DNA from: Carcharhinus amblyrhynchos
Taxonomy: Eukaryota
Length of the DNA: 64,000 nucleotides
Assembly: GCA_965287045.1 (NCBI GenBank)
Contig: OZ336876.1
Coordinates: 22,506,001 to 22,570,000 of the forward strand
Direction: 5' to 3'
Shown: positions 1 to 11,900 of the stretch, piece after piece
Numbering within the stretch: the first letter of the stretch is position 1
Layout of the letters: each line of letters begins with the position of its first letter
The notes under the pieces: model-generated
Seen by the model: the letters and a program-made list of their open reading frames with translations, nothing else
The model's database searches: none
What the model was told of the DNA's origin: nothing
Translations under genes and position numbers: made by a program

Positions 1-73
1 TGATCTTATTGAATGGCGGGGCAGGCTCGAAGGGCTAGATGGCCTACTCCTGCTCCTATTTCTTATGTTCTTA
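1..73 (+). mobile_element. 3' end of young CR1 LINE
   Basis: 3' UTR GAATGGCGGGGCAGGCTCGAAGGGCTAGATGGCCTACTCCTGCTCC plus (TTCTTATG)n tail, the same as the end of the CR1 at 41310-43134. Confidence 0.9.
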
Positions 74-79
74 TCTCCA

Positions 80-720
80 GTAACATTAGACAGTGGCAAT
101 ATACAGCAAAACGGGCTGTTTTTCAATTTATAATGGTGAAACTGAGATTGTCAAAGACTTAATGAACAAGCTTGAAACAATTAGGGCAGCTATACTTTTC
201 TGAGGGAAGGACTGTAACAAGCCACTTTAAATCAAACTGGCAAGCAAAGAGATAGACCAGAGATTTTGAAAACCTTGAGTGCACATTATGAAATCTAAGT
301 GAATGTTACATATGAATATTATGCATTCAACACAAGAGTTCAGTGTAAAATACGACCATTGAACAATATGTGATAGCAGTAATGCTGATGGCAAAATTCA
401 GCAGCTAAAAAACGATCTGATTAAAGAATGATAGATGTGAGAGACCTGTCAGTGACACCAAGTCTACTGAAAGATGAGGAACTGATGTTGACGGAAATGA
501 TAGATGTGTGTCAAAATGAGTAGGTTATAAAACATCAACTAGAGCATATGTATGGCAGAGCAAATCAGGTGACATGTAATACCAAGAAGCAATCACAGAC
601 AAAGAACTGGGACAAATACTGTGGTAGACAGCTTGCACAGGAAAATAATTTCCCAGCATAGGGGGGAAAGCAACATTTTAACTGCAAGAAGCAAAATCAT
701 TTTGTGCACAGTGTTTTTTA
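80..720 (+). mobile_element. Degraded Gypsy/Ty3 LTR-retrotransposon gag relic
   Basis: Frameshifted translation gives VNVTYEYYAFNTRVQ (gag 'YER..F..R.Q' motif) and a decayed zinc-knuckle region KYCGRQ...FPA*G...NCKKQNHF..C. Confidence 0.6.
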
Positions 721-804
721 CAGGATAAAGTAAAACAAACTTATACATAAGGCCAGTGGAGAGCCTGTTACAATTGCCCTGTCCCTGTCATTAATGGGAT
801 GGCT

Positions 805-1078
805 TGGTGGCACGATGGTTAGCACTGCTGCCTCACAGCACCCAGGGACTCGGGTCACTGTCTGTGTGGAGTTTGCTCATTCCCCCCATATCTGCATGGG
901 TTTCCTCCAGGTGTTCCGGTTTCCTCCCATAGTCCAAAGATGTGCTGGCTAGATGGATTGGCCATGCTAAAATTAGTGTCAGGAGGGCGAGGGTTATGGG
1001 GATAGATTCTGAGTGGGATTGTGGTCGTTGCAGACTCAACGGGCCAAATGGCCTCTTTCTGTATTACATGATTCTATG
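805..1078 (+). mobile_element. HE1/V-SINE-type tRNA-derived SINE
   Basis: GGTGGCACGATGGTTAGCACTGCTGCCTCACAGC head, TGTGTGGAGTTTGC...GGGTTTCCTCC core, ATGATTCTATG tail. Confidence 0.9.
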
Positions 1079-2002
1079 TAACAAGTATCCCAATGTTAAA
1101 TGTTGGGACTCCCATTTGAATATATTGAAGTACCATTAGCAATGCCTTTATGTTTAATAGACCCACTCCATCACCCCATCAAATTGACCATTCATGTCAG
1201 CATGAGGGCATGCCAATGTGAACCATGACAGGTCTCCCATGACTTGCACAGGCAAGCAGAACATGTTGGAGTTGCACAGGTTGGTACAGCCTCTAGGTGG
1301 GGGAGGGTGGGTTCATGCCCAGGCACTGCTCATTGACACTCCTCCCTTGGGTTCCATGGGGAGTGTTGCGTGGGGGAGCTTTATTTTTATTTTTTAAAAG
1401 GAGCCATAAAACCTTAAGCTGCTGGCAGGCTGGGCTCAATCCGAGTGCACCCTGCCTGTCTGATTTCGTGGGATCTGCCCTTTAACTCTTCCTTTTGACG
1501 AAGTAGGAGGAGGGAAGCCATTGTTAGGGCCATTGTCTTCCACACTGTTTTTCCCATGTGCTGTGCCACTTGCAGAAATATTAGAAAATACTTCCTTATA
1601 TGTGCAATGCATGTTCAGAGACTAACTAATAATTATTAACTCTGAATTGTTAACAACTGAACAGTTGTTAATTCATGCAAACAGTGAATACTTGGGTAAT
1701 TCACAGTCACACATGAGCGTGCATGCAGTTGTGTCTCTTGATCACCTTTGTATCTATAGATGGAGAAAGAGATGCCTGTGTTTTGGAAATGCAATCTTGT
1801 ACTACCCGACTAAATGGCTTGCCATCATCATATTAATTTGCCATGAAGCAAGTATTGTGTTGCTGCCATTTCCAGTCAGTTCAATAAAGGCTGTCACTGA
1901 GTACACACTGAAAAACTGTAGCTGGCCTTGTACTTTACCTGGTATCTATGAAGCAGGAAATAAGTACTTGACCCTGAGGGCTTCACAGCTGAGCTAGTTT
2001 CT

Positions 2003-2138
2003 NNNNNNNNNNNNNNNNNNNNNNNNNNNNNNNNNNNNNNNNNNNNNNNNNNNNNNNNNNNNNNNNNNNNNNNNNNNNNNNNNNNNNNNNNNNNNNNNNN
2101 NNNNNNNNNNNNNNNNNNNNNNNNNNNNNNNNNNNNNN
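2003..2138. other. Assembly gap (136 N)
   Basis: Run of N. Confidence 1.
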
Positions 2139-2391
2139 AGCAGAAATACTGGCTGATTTTCCTTCCCTGACCCTGCTTACTGTAGCCAATTGCCTCTGGC
2201 CAAACTGAACATTCTCTATAGTCTGTGTATTTCAGCTGTGTGCTGCATTAACCAGTTGAGTTGCTTAGCTGCATTATTCATACGGCTCGTCCAGTTCAGT
2301 TGCTGGTCAATGGTAACCCCCTGGTTGTTGAAAGTGCAGAATTTAGTGATGGTAATGCTAGTGAATCGTAGAAGTCATGCCTAGCCAATGT

Positions 2392-3422
2392 TAAGAACAT
2401 AAGAACATAAGAAATGGGAGCAGGAGTAGGCCATCCAGCCCTTCGAGCCTGCCCCGCCATTCAATAAGATCATGGCTGATCTGTCGTGGCTCAGTTCCAC
2501 ATTCCCGCCCTCTCCCCATAGCCCTTAATCCCCTCGCTTATCAAAAACCCATCAACCCGCATCTTAAAAATATTTAGCGAGGCAGCCTCCACTACCTCAA
2601 TGGGCAGAGAATTCCAGAGATTCACCACCCTTTGAGTGAAGAAGTTCCTCCTCAACTCCGTTCTAAATCACCCCCACTTTATCTTGAGGCTGTGCCCCCA
2701 GGTCCTACTGTCCTTTCTGAGCGGGAAGAGTCTCTCCACCTCTACCCTATCCATTCCATTCATCATCTTATACGTCTCAATGAGATCTCCCCTCATTCTT
2801 CTAAACTCTAACGAGTACAAGCCTAGTTTATTCAGCCTCTCCTCATAGCTCAACCCCCTCAACTCCGGTATCAGCCTAGTAAACCTCCTCTGCACTCCCT
2901 GCAAGGCCAAAATATCCTTGCGTAAGTGCGGCGACCAAAACTGCACACAGTACTCCAGCTGCGGCCTCACCAATGCCCTATACAGCCGCAGCAAGAACTC
3001 CCTACTTTTATATTCAATCCCCCTCGCTATGAAGGCCAGCATCCCATTTGCCTTCCTGACCACCTGCTGCACCTGCAGGCTGGGTTTTTGTGACTCATGC
3101 ACAAGGACCCCGAGGTCCCTCTGCACCGTCGCATGCTGCAGTTTTTTGCCACGTAAGTAATAGTCCTTCCTACCATTATTCCTACCAAAGTAGACCACCT
3201 CACACTTGCCAACATTAAATTCCATTTGCCATTTCCTGGCCCATTCGCCCAGCCTATCTAGATCCTTCACACTCTCCACACCCTCCGCACAATTTGCCGT
3301 TCCCCCAATCTTGGTGTCATCAGCAAATTTCGACACCATACACTCGGTTCCCTCCTCCACATCATCTAGATAAATGGTAAAAAGCTGAGGCCCCAGCACC
3401 GACCCCTGGGGCACTCCACTAG
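2392..3422 (-). mobile_element. Young 5'-truncated CR1 LINE (RT C-terminus and 3' UTR), nested in an older CR1
   Basis: ORF 2668-3414 has PQGSVLGP, KFADDTK and QFWSPH motifs; (TAAGAACA)n tail at 2392; old CR1 sequence on both flanks (about 2280-2390 and 3423-4020). Confidence 0.95.
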
Positions 3423-4020
3423 GGGCTATGGTTAGATTCTTTCTTGTTGGAGATGGTCACTGCCTAGCACTTGTGTGGCATGAATGTTCCTTCCCATTTA
3501 TCAACCTGTACCTGAAAGTTGTCTGAGTCTTGACATATATGGACATGGATTGCTTCAGTATCTGAGCGTAGTGTAGAACATTGTACAATCATTATTGAAC
3601 ATCCCCACTTCTGATCTTATGATGGGGGGTGGTGGGGTGTGGGGTGAAATCATTGATGAAGCAGCTAAAGATGGATGGGCCTAGGACAGCATCCTTAGGA
3701 ACTTCCGCAGGGATGTCCTAGGAGTGTGATAATTGACCTCCAATGCTCATAAACATCTTCCTTTGTGCTAGTATGACTTCATCTGGTTTTGCTAGAACTC
3801 CGTGCTAATACACTTGCTCAATTATTGCCGCTTGATAGCACTGCTGGCAACACTTTCCATCACTTTACCTGTGATCAAGGGTAGACTGATGAGATAGCAA
3901 TTGGCCAGTTTGGATTTTCCCTTTTTTTTGTGTATGGGACATATCTGGGCAATTTTCCACGTTGCAGGGTAGATACTGGAGTTCAGCTAATTCTGGAACA
4001 TAATTCTTCAGTGCAAGAGC
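3423..4020 (-). mobile_element. Old CR1-clade LINE fragment
   Basis: Aligns by eye to the old element at 50215-51080 (TTGTTGGAGATGGTCA.TGCCT). Confidence 0.7.
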
Positions 4021-4367
4021 AGGGCTCAGCGCTTTTCCAGTTTTCTTTGCAGATTGTGGGAGATGAGTGACACCTTTGGGTGAATTTAAGAGGGGGAGCT
4101 GCTTGCCCAACTTTAAAAACGTCCCCCACTGCCCAACAGACTTCACAAGCTGAGAGCAGGGCTTCTGCCCCTCAGTAGAAGGAAGTCCAACCCTCCAAAA
4201 CTTCCAGCCAATCTGATTGGCTGGAGTCTCCTGAGATCCCAACGGCGGCAGACGTCAGTAGCAGCCTCTAATGAGATTACAATCATTTCCACAGAGACAG
4301 AATTGATATCAGAATGAATTGAATAAAGCTTTTTGTGGAATTGCTGGCATTGGACTGAGGTAGGCAC

Positions 4368-5020
4368 GGTAATAGTCTCACAACACCAGGTTAAAGCCCA
4401 ACAGGTTTATTTAGTAGCAAAAGTCACCAGCTTCTGAAGCGCTGCTCCTTCGTCAGGTAAGTGAGAGTTCTGTTCACGAACAAGGCATATAAAGACACAA
4501 ACTCAATTTACAAAATAATGGTTGGAATGCGAGTCTTTACAGGTAATCAAGTCTTACAGGTAATCAAGTCTTAAAGGTACAGACAATGTGAGTGGAGAGA
4601 GCATTAAGCACAGGTTAAAGAGACGCGTATTATCTCCAAATAGGACAGTTAGTGAGATTTTGCAAGACCAGGCAAGTTGTGGGGGGTTACAGATAGTGTG
4701 ACATGAACCTAAGATCCCGGTTGAGGCTGTTCTCGTGTGTGTGGAATTGCCTGTCAGTCTCTGCTCAGCAACTCTGTGTTGTCATGTGCTGTGAAGGTCG
4801 CCTTGGAGAAGGCTTACCCGAAGATCAGAGGCCGAGTGCCCTTGACCGTTGAAGTTTCCCCAACAGGAAGAGAACACTCTTGCCTGGTGATTGTCGAGCG
4901 GTGTTCATTCATCCATTGTCGTAGCGTCTGCATGGTCTCCCCAATATACCAAGGATGCCTCGGGACATCCTTTCCTGCAGCGTATCAGGTAGACAATGTT
5001 GACCGAGTTGCAAGAGTACA
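4368..5020 (-). mobile_element. Penelope-like element 3' part: GIY-YIG endonuclease remnant and terminal pseudo-LTR with decayed hammerhead
   Basis: Minus strand translates YSCNSVNIVYLIRCRKGCP..WYIGETMQTLRQWMNEHRSTI; terminus reads CTGACGA-A-GGAGC-AGC-GCTTC-AGAAGCTG...AATAAACCTGTTGGGCTTTAACCTGGTGTTGTGAGAC. Confidence 0.85.
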
Positions 5021-5430
5021 GAAACCACAGATAATGTCAGTGGACTCTCTGGAGTCCATTTTGTTAAGGTAGTGTCCATTTCCAAAGTTGCTGTTTGAAA
5101 GGAAAGTGCCCCTCTCCCAACAAGCTTCACAGGCACATGGCAAGACAATAATGCTAAATGCAGGAACAGATAGTTTGGAACTTGATTCCAATCTGATCAA
5201 CTGAGTGTATTGAATTCAAATCATTTTGAATTCTCACACTAGGAACAGGCAAGGTGTTTGCCACAAGGGCTACTAATTAAGCATGTTTTCAATGATTGTG
5301 TGCTTAATAGGTCTGTGACAGTTTGGGCCTGGAGTTTCTGTACAATTTCTGTCCAATAACCTGAGGAGAATCAAATCAAACAGCATGCAACATTACAGAA
5401 TTCTAAATGTGAGTTGCACCCATTGCAACT

Positions 5431-5741
5431 TAGAATCATTGAGTCCTACAGTGCAGAAAGAGACCATTCAGCTCATCGAATCTGCATTGACAACAATCTC
5501 ACCCAGGCCCTATCCCCATAACCCCACATATTTACCCAGCTAACCCTCCTGGCAATAAGGGGCAATTTAGCATTGACAGTTCACCTAACTCACACATCTT
5601 TGGAATATGGGAGGAAACCGGAGCACCCAGAAGAAACCCATGCAGACATGGGGGTAATGTGCAGACTCTGCACAGACAGTGACCCAAGATGGGAATCGAA
5701 CACCTGTGAGGCAGCAGCGCTAACCACCGTGCCACTGTGCC
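5431..5741 (-). mobile_element. HE1/V-SINE-type SINE
   Basis: Reverse complement of the same head, core and tail as the other copies. Confidence 0.9.
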
Positions 5742-8029
5742 AACCCGAGACTGTACTTTTGAGTATCCATAATAATTTATATGAGTAAATGGTTCCTTTA
5801 TCCGAATCAGTTCACCAAACTGGCCATGCCCCAGGTTGGAAAGAGGGGTTTCCGTTGACTGCCCGATTGGATGGGGTGAGCTATTGCATTGTGGCCAGAT
5901 TCCCAAACTTCCAGGCACCGTATAGTCACATGAATCTAAAGTTAACCACCTGAGCAGCAGTGACCAGCTGCCAATGAAGCCATTGACCGGATCTGTCCTG
6001 CTGCTGTTGCAAATTTGTTTCAAAAGACCAGCAATAGCATTAAATCAGTCAATCGATCTACTGCTGCAGAAATATCAGTGATCTAACTGAAGACCAGTGA
6101 CAAGCAATCAATTGGTCTGTCCTCCTACTGCAGGAATCACCAATTAGTTTAAAATTCTTTCCCTCCACCCTAGTGTCTAGTGGTCCGATTGGTTCTATTC
6201 CAGTCTCAAATGGATTATGTTGCTTGATTGTGCTGATTCCTAGATATATGTGAGACCTCATATTAATGAGAATTCACAGAAACTTCATTCTGGAAACACC
6301 GATACAATGTCCAGCCCATGCTGAGGGTATTCTGTCGAATGATACCCGGAGCAGAAATCCCAGACCCAAACTGTCAACCCTAAATTCTGTGAGTAAATTG
6401 TAGGTAAGAACACCAATCCTCTAACAAAGATGGAGAACTTTGGTGATATTAAGCAAAATGAGGCCTAGTTATACAGCAGACACTTCCATATCTTGTGCTA
6501 TCTTGCAGAAATTGCTGGGAAGGCCTTCCGATGTGTTGTGTAACTCCTAATGTGAGGCCAGCAGTTTTCTTTTCATAGCTTAACTCACATCGCTTCTCCT
6601 TGGTTGTGAGGCAAACTGTCTCTCGCTTTAGGAGGATCTCCTGGGCTGCTTCTGCCAACATAATCTGTTCATGGTGGTTGTACCACCATGTGGAGACCTC
6701 ACTAATTTTCTCTCTGTTGCAAATGGGGTGCCAACTCCTTGCAGATGTTATAGCTTCATGGGCAAATATCTCCTTCGAGGTGTCTTACTCTTCAGGCTGA
6801 GAAGGACAATCAGCAAGAGAAACTTTAGAATGCAGCTTGAAATGTGTCCCCTTGCTAAGAAGAGTCTCAATGGCGGAAGAGGAAGAAATTGCTGAATAGT
6901 GGAAATGAGACAGTTCTGTCCATGAATGCAGAGGCAAAGACATTGCTTCAGCCTTCAGGTTTTCTGTGGATAGAGGACTCTCTGAGCAGCTGAGAGAAGC
7001 TGTCTATTACGGCATGCAGAGTGACTGGGGTGTAGACAAGACAGGGGTATGGGGCAGTGTGTGAATCAGCGCATGTATTATTGAAAGACCAATCCAGAGT
7101 TTCAATAGAGTTAACTATCAGGAGGAAGGGGGGGGTGGGATGGGGTGTTGGGCGGGGGCAAGTGTGAGAGTGAGGAGAGGAAAATGGTGCACAATAGAAG
7201 TATTTTTCGGGAAGGGTCTGTTCTAGGTCAGGTCCTGCATTAGCAAGTAAGCTCGAAAGGGATTGTTATTAAGCCTATGAGGTCACTAAAACGGAAAGTT
7301 GCTGAAGGTAAGTCCACAAGGATGAAAAGGCCCAAGTGGTTAAATCAGAAATGTCCCTTTGCGGTGCCTGGAGAAGCAGAGGGAGAACAGTCCAAAGGAA
7401 GTTGTGAAGTGAACATTCACACTCAAGACAGTCAGTTTCTGTCCACAGGAATGTCTTGTGTGTGTCATAGTGCTAGTGGCCTGAATGTTAATGCTACTGG
7501 ACCTGTGGAAGTAGCATCTGGACACATCTAGCTAATCTTCAAAGCTGGAGTGTACTGTACAGATGTGGTTGCTTATTTTACTCTATTCAAATGGGACATA
7601 AGAGAGACTGCAGTTTTACCACTCAGCTGAATTCCCTAAAGTGTGTGGTATTACTGATGAATGAGTTACTGGCCTATGACAATACGTGCGGAATCATACG
7701 GATTAAAGCCTGCTACCCTGCAAGTTAACATGAATCATTCACCTTAAGGCAGTCCGTGCTGTTAAGAAGGTTGTATTGATATCTGCAGTGCAATCAAGGC
7801 AATCCATAGCAATTTTAATTGCCTAAGACTGTAATGATCTCATGCAGTTACCAGGGCCATTGTAGAGCAGACCACTGATGTGCTTAAATCAAGATTCACA
7901 AGTTTAAATTGGGGAAGTGTTACCAAACAATCAGACAAATGGTGTCCAAAATTAGTGCAATGTACACAATGATACTTGCAAAGGACCACTCCAAAATGTT
8001 TAGTCAGCCTGTAAAAGATGTTACTCCTT

Positions 8030-9175
8030 ACACTCCAATGCCTTCTATGGTACTGTTTTTGACATGAATGGGAAGCTGCTCAATCTGAGAGAACTCCAGG
8101 CAAAGACCCTGATCTCCATGGACTTGCTTTATGATTTCCTTTATGTCGCTAACTGCGCTCTAGCTGCCGGTTCAGAGTTGGGCATGCAGTGTAGCACGGA
8201 TTGTTCTTCAGTGCATGGCACTTAGCCTTATGATCAGCACAAAAAAAAACTGAAGTAATGTACCTGCCTGCTCCAAGAAGACCCAAGGTTTCAGTCCATG
8301 ACCAGGATCTGTCAGCAGTGGATAAGTTCAATTATCTCAGCAGTACATTCTCTCTCTCTCTCTTGAGCTGTTTGTATTGACACTAAGATTTGCCAAAGTA
8401 AGCGTAACCTTCAGCAGACTTGAACATCAGTTTGGGAATGAAGAGGAGTAAGTCTGCCTGAAAGTCTGTAGCTCCATAGTTCACACATGTGAAATTTGGG
8501 CCAGGATGTTTTATAAGTTTAAAGTTTATTTATTAATGTCACAAGTTGGTTTACATTAACACTGCAATGAAATTATTGTGAAAATCCCCAGTTGGCACAC
8601 TCTGGTGTCTGTTCCAGTTCACTGAGGGAGAATTTAGCATGGCCAATGCAACTAACCAGCGTGTCTTTCGGACTGTGAGAGGAAACCAGAGCAACTGGAG
8701 AAATTCACACAGACACAAAGAGAACGTGCAAACTCCACAGGACAATGACCCAAGCCAGGAATTGAACCTGGGTCCCTGGCAGCAGACTAACCACTGGGCC
8801 ACCGTGCTGATGTTGTGGCCCTACTGTAGTATGTAAACCTCCAACATCACCCACCACCCCCTCCACCCCCACACTCAGCAAATGCAGCGAGCTAGTTCTA
8901 TCTCCAATCAGTCCAGCAGGACTTGACATCTCACCAAGAGGGAAGGGCTGTAATATCCTAGCCTTGGGCTGTGTGTCAATGCCATGCCAAGAAATTCAAC
9001 CACTTGCACTTGAGTTGCTGTCAGAGGTTTCTGAAGATCAGACAGCAGGACCCTGAGGTGCTTATCCGAGCTGGCATGCCAAGCATTCACAGCATGTTGA
9101 GAGAGACCCAACTGAGTTGGACTGGTCATATAGCCAGAGTACCTGACAGTCACTTAACAAAGTTAACATTCTCTA
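8030..9175 (+). mobile_element. Degraded RTE-clade LINE (RT), interrupted by a SINE at 8515-8808
   Basis: GKLLNLRELQAKT..DLL, KKTEVMYLPAP and VDKFNYLSSTFS; ORF 8971-9180 HAKKFNHLHLSC..LKIRQQD..VLIRAGMPSI..QLSWTGHIARVPD is typical RTE RT/thumb sequence. Confidence 0.85.
8515..8808 (-). mobile_element. V-SINE-type SINE with alternative 3' tail
   Basis: Same head and core as the HE1-type copies, but ends ...TTCATTGCAGTGTTAATGTAAACCAACTTGTGACATTAATAAATAAACTTT. Confidence 0.85.
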
Positions 9176-9194
9176 GGTAGATTGTATTTTTGAA

Positions 9195-9680
9195 TTTTAT
9201 TCTTTTATGGGATGTGGGTGCCATTGGCTAGGCCAGCATTTATTGCCAATCCCTAATTGAACTAGGTGAGGGTGAGCTGCCTCCTTGAACCGCTGCCATG
9301 TGGTGTAGGTACACCTGTAGCACTGTTATGAAGGGAGTTCCAGAATGTTGACCTTGTGAAGGAATGGCGTTCCAAACCAACATGGAGGGGAAATTTCAGG
9401 TGGTGGTGTTCCCATGTACCTGCTGCCTTTGTCCTTCTAGGTGGTAAAAGCTGCAGGGTTGGAAGTTACTGTTGAAGAGTCCTTGATGAGTTGCTGCAGT
9501 GCATCTTGTAGATGGTACCGTGTGTCTGTCATGGATGAAAAGAGAGGTACCCCATCCACAAACAATCAAGTGGGCTGCTTTGTCTTGGATGGTTTAGAGT
9601 TTCTTGAGTTTCATTAAAGCTCCATTCATCCAGGAAAGTGGAGGGTATTCCCTCAAACTCCTGTCTTGTGTCTTGGAGCG
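9195..9680 (-). mobile_element. Old CR1-clade LINE 3' end
   Basis: GGGATGTGGG...GGCTAGGCCAGCATTTATTGCC motif shared with 30165-30430, 50215 and 46480-46700. Confidence 0.75.
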
Positions 9681-9854
9681 AAGTGGATTCTAGGCTCAAT
9701 GGGGACTATCCTGAATCGGACACTCCCTGAGCAATCTCCTTCACTTGAGTTCAAGGTATTCATTTCCCACAGACGTTTATTCTGGGTCTGAGAAAGTCAA
9801 CTGCTTCTCCCCCAAGGATGGCAACTTTTAAAAGTTGTTACATTCTTGTTGTTA

Positions 9855-9910
9855 CAATCTTAAGGCTACAGTAACAACTTTTAAAAGTTGTTACTGTAGC
9901 CTTAAGATTG
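9855..9910. repeat. Perfect 56-bp palindrome with no loop
   Basis: CAATCTTAAGGCTACAGTAACAACTTTT followed directly by its exact reverse complement AAAAGTTGTTACTGTAGCCTTAAGATTG. Confidence 0.97.
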
Positions 9911-10054
9911 GGAGAAACTTAAACCCAGCAAATGAGGACCAAGGAACTGAATAAGAAAGAGGATATAAATGCACACTAGTGAGGAACATAAGTGCGGACG
10001 AAAGTTCAGTCAGTGAACATGTCCAAGACAGAAATTGATAGACTTCTGGAGTTT

Positions 10055-10300
10055 TAAAGGAGATGTCCGAGGCAAGTTTTTTTACACAGAGCGTGGTGGG
10101 TGCCTGGGGAGGTAGTGGAGTAAGATATGATAATAACTTTTAAGGGGCGTCTGGACAAATACATGAATAGAATGGGAATAGAGGAATATGATCCCTGGAA
10201 GGGTAGGGGGTTTTAGTTCAGTCAGGCAGCATGGTCGGTACAGGCTTGGAGGGCTGGAGGTCCTGTTCCTGTGCTGTAATTTTTTTTGGTCTTTGTTCTC
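10055..10300 (+). mobile_element. CR1 3' fragment
   Basis: GDVRGKFF-TQ.VV..W coding end followed by CR1-type 3' UTR. Confidence 0.8.
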
Positions 10301-11529
10301 AGACGAGTATTGCACTTGCAATGAATGGAATCGCAACAATGCAAAGAGTAAACCTGTCTCCGCTCCTCCCAAAACTTGCAAACCAGTGCCAGAGAAAGTT
10401 CAATCACATTGTGAGGATACGTAAGGTGACAGATCTGCCACTATCCTTACACCCCCTGGCAGCACCACATTGTACACCTTTTAAGATGATTAGGCTCTCA
10501 CTGCAATTTGTTCAGGGATTCAATATTTCAGTATATCAAAACAGCTGCATACACAAAGCTTAAAACTCCTCCCTCAACTTTAAAGAGGGAGATGGGAGAC
10601 CTGTAACCTTAACTATACTTTCTCATTTTTGTACTCAATGTTTCTATTTATTAAGCCAAAGATTATATGTCCTTTTTAGCACCCTTCTCAACTTCCTTTT
10701 CCATCCTCAAAGATTTGTATATGTGAACTTTTGGGTCTCTCTGTGCCTGCACCCCCTTTAAAACTTTACCATGTAACTTTTATTCTCCTTGTTTTGCTTC
10801 AAAAATACATCAATTCACGTTTTTCCTTGATAAAAATTGTCTGGCACATGAATGCCAATCTGCAACTATATTCCTCTGTTTTCATTACATTTCTATGTTT
10901 CTTTTATCTTAAAACTTTGAAATAATGCAATCCCCATTCCTTCCCACCAAGACCAGATCAGGTATCATATCAAAAAGAGCAGTCATCCTATTGTTGACCA
11001 CTGTATATTTCCCTCCAGTTTGATCGAGAATCTATTTATCACTAGCCCCTCTTCTGTCTTTTAAGACCATGTTGTATCCACATTCCTGTTGTTTGTTGAA
11101 GAATATGAAGTTGAATTTAGTGGCGGCAAAAGTTTTGGAATCAGTCAAGGAACATGTGGATTACCATGAGGCACACTGTAAGGTTCTATGGAAAGGTTGT
11201 CCAATGGATTCCCTGATCCTACTTATCTATGTTGTGCAGATTGTGCCCAATTCAACTTGTGTATCAAGTTGTATTGTTATCACCCTGTATGCAGTATCAG
11301 CTCAGAGCCTTGACTAAAGGATTAGATTTGGTCAATATGAGCAGGCTTTTTTGAATTAGGTAGGTTAGATCAAAGGACAATTATGGAAAAGCAAATAATT
11401 AGATTAGATGTCAAGAGACACTTAGCTTCTCCCAGAGCTGTTAAGAAGAATGAAACACGTTTCCAGCAGTTGCAGTGTGCTGTGAGTCTGACTCTTGCTC
11501 CCATCCGAACATGCTAATGGATATTAAGG

Positions 11530-11900
11530 AAGAACTATATACATGTTATGTGGATATAATTATTATATATTGCACTGGCACAAAGGATGTCCCAAAATGC
11601 AGAGTGCTATTCCTGTAAGAGAGCAAACTTCACATCTGTGTACATAACAAAAAGCTCCCAGCTCAGAAATTAAAGGAGAAACCAAATAAAACAAGTGGAA
11701 TTCAAGACATTGAAGATGCAAAAGACAATAAAATGCCATTTTTGGGAGAAATTACAGGATTGAAAAGGAAATGTTGGAGTCCGGACATTATGGGCAATAG
11801 ACCAAAAAGTAAAGTTAGATGCTGAAGAACGAGCTTCAGTTAATAATTGAATCTTAGAGAAGCATATGTGTATTCTCCAGCACACCAGTTCAGCATTAAG
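11530..11900 (+). mobile_element. Possible Gypsy gag-protease relic
   Basis: Decayed zinc-knuckle-like ECYSCKRANF followed by QKVKLD..AS, resembling the retropepsin KLDTGA motif; heavily mutated. Confidence 0.3.

Noticed and set aside
1650-1671. 10-bp-arm hairpin TTAACAACTG-aa-CAGTTGTTAA
   Set aside because: Short and AT-rich; could arise by chance, and too short for a pre-miRNA
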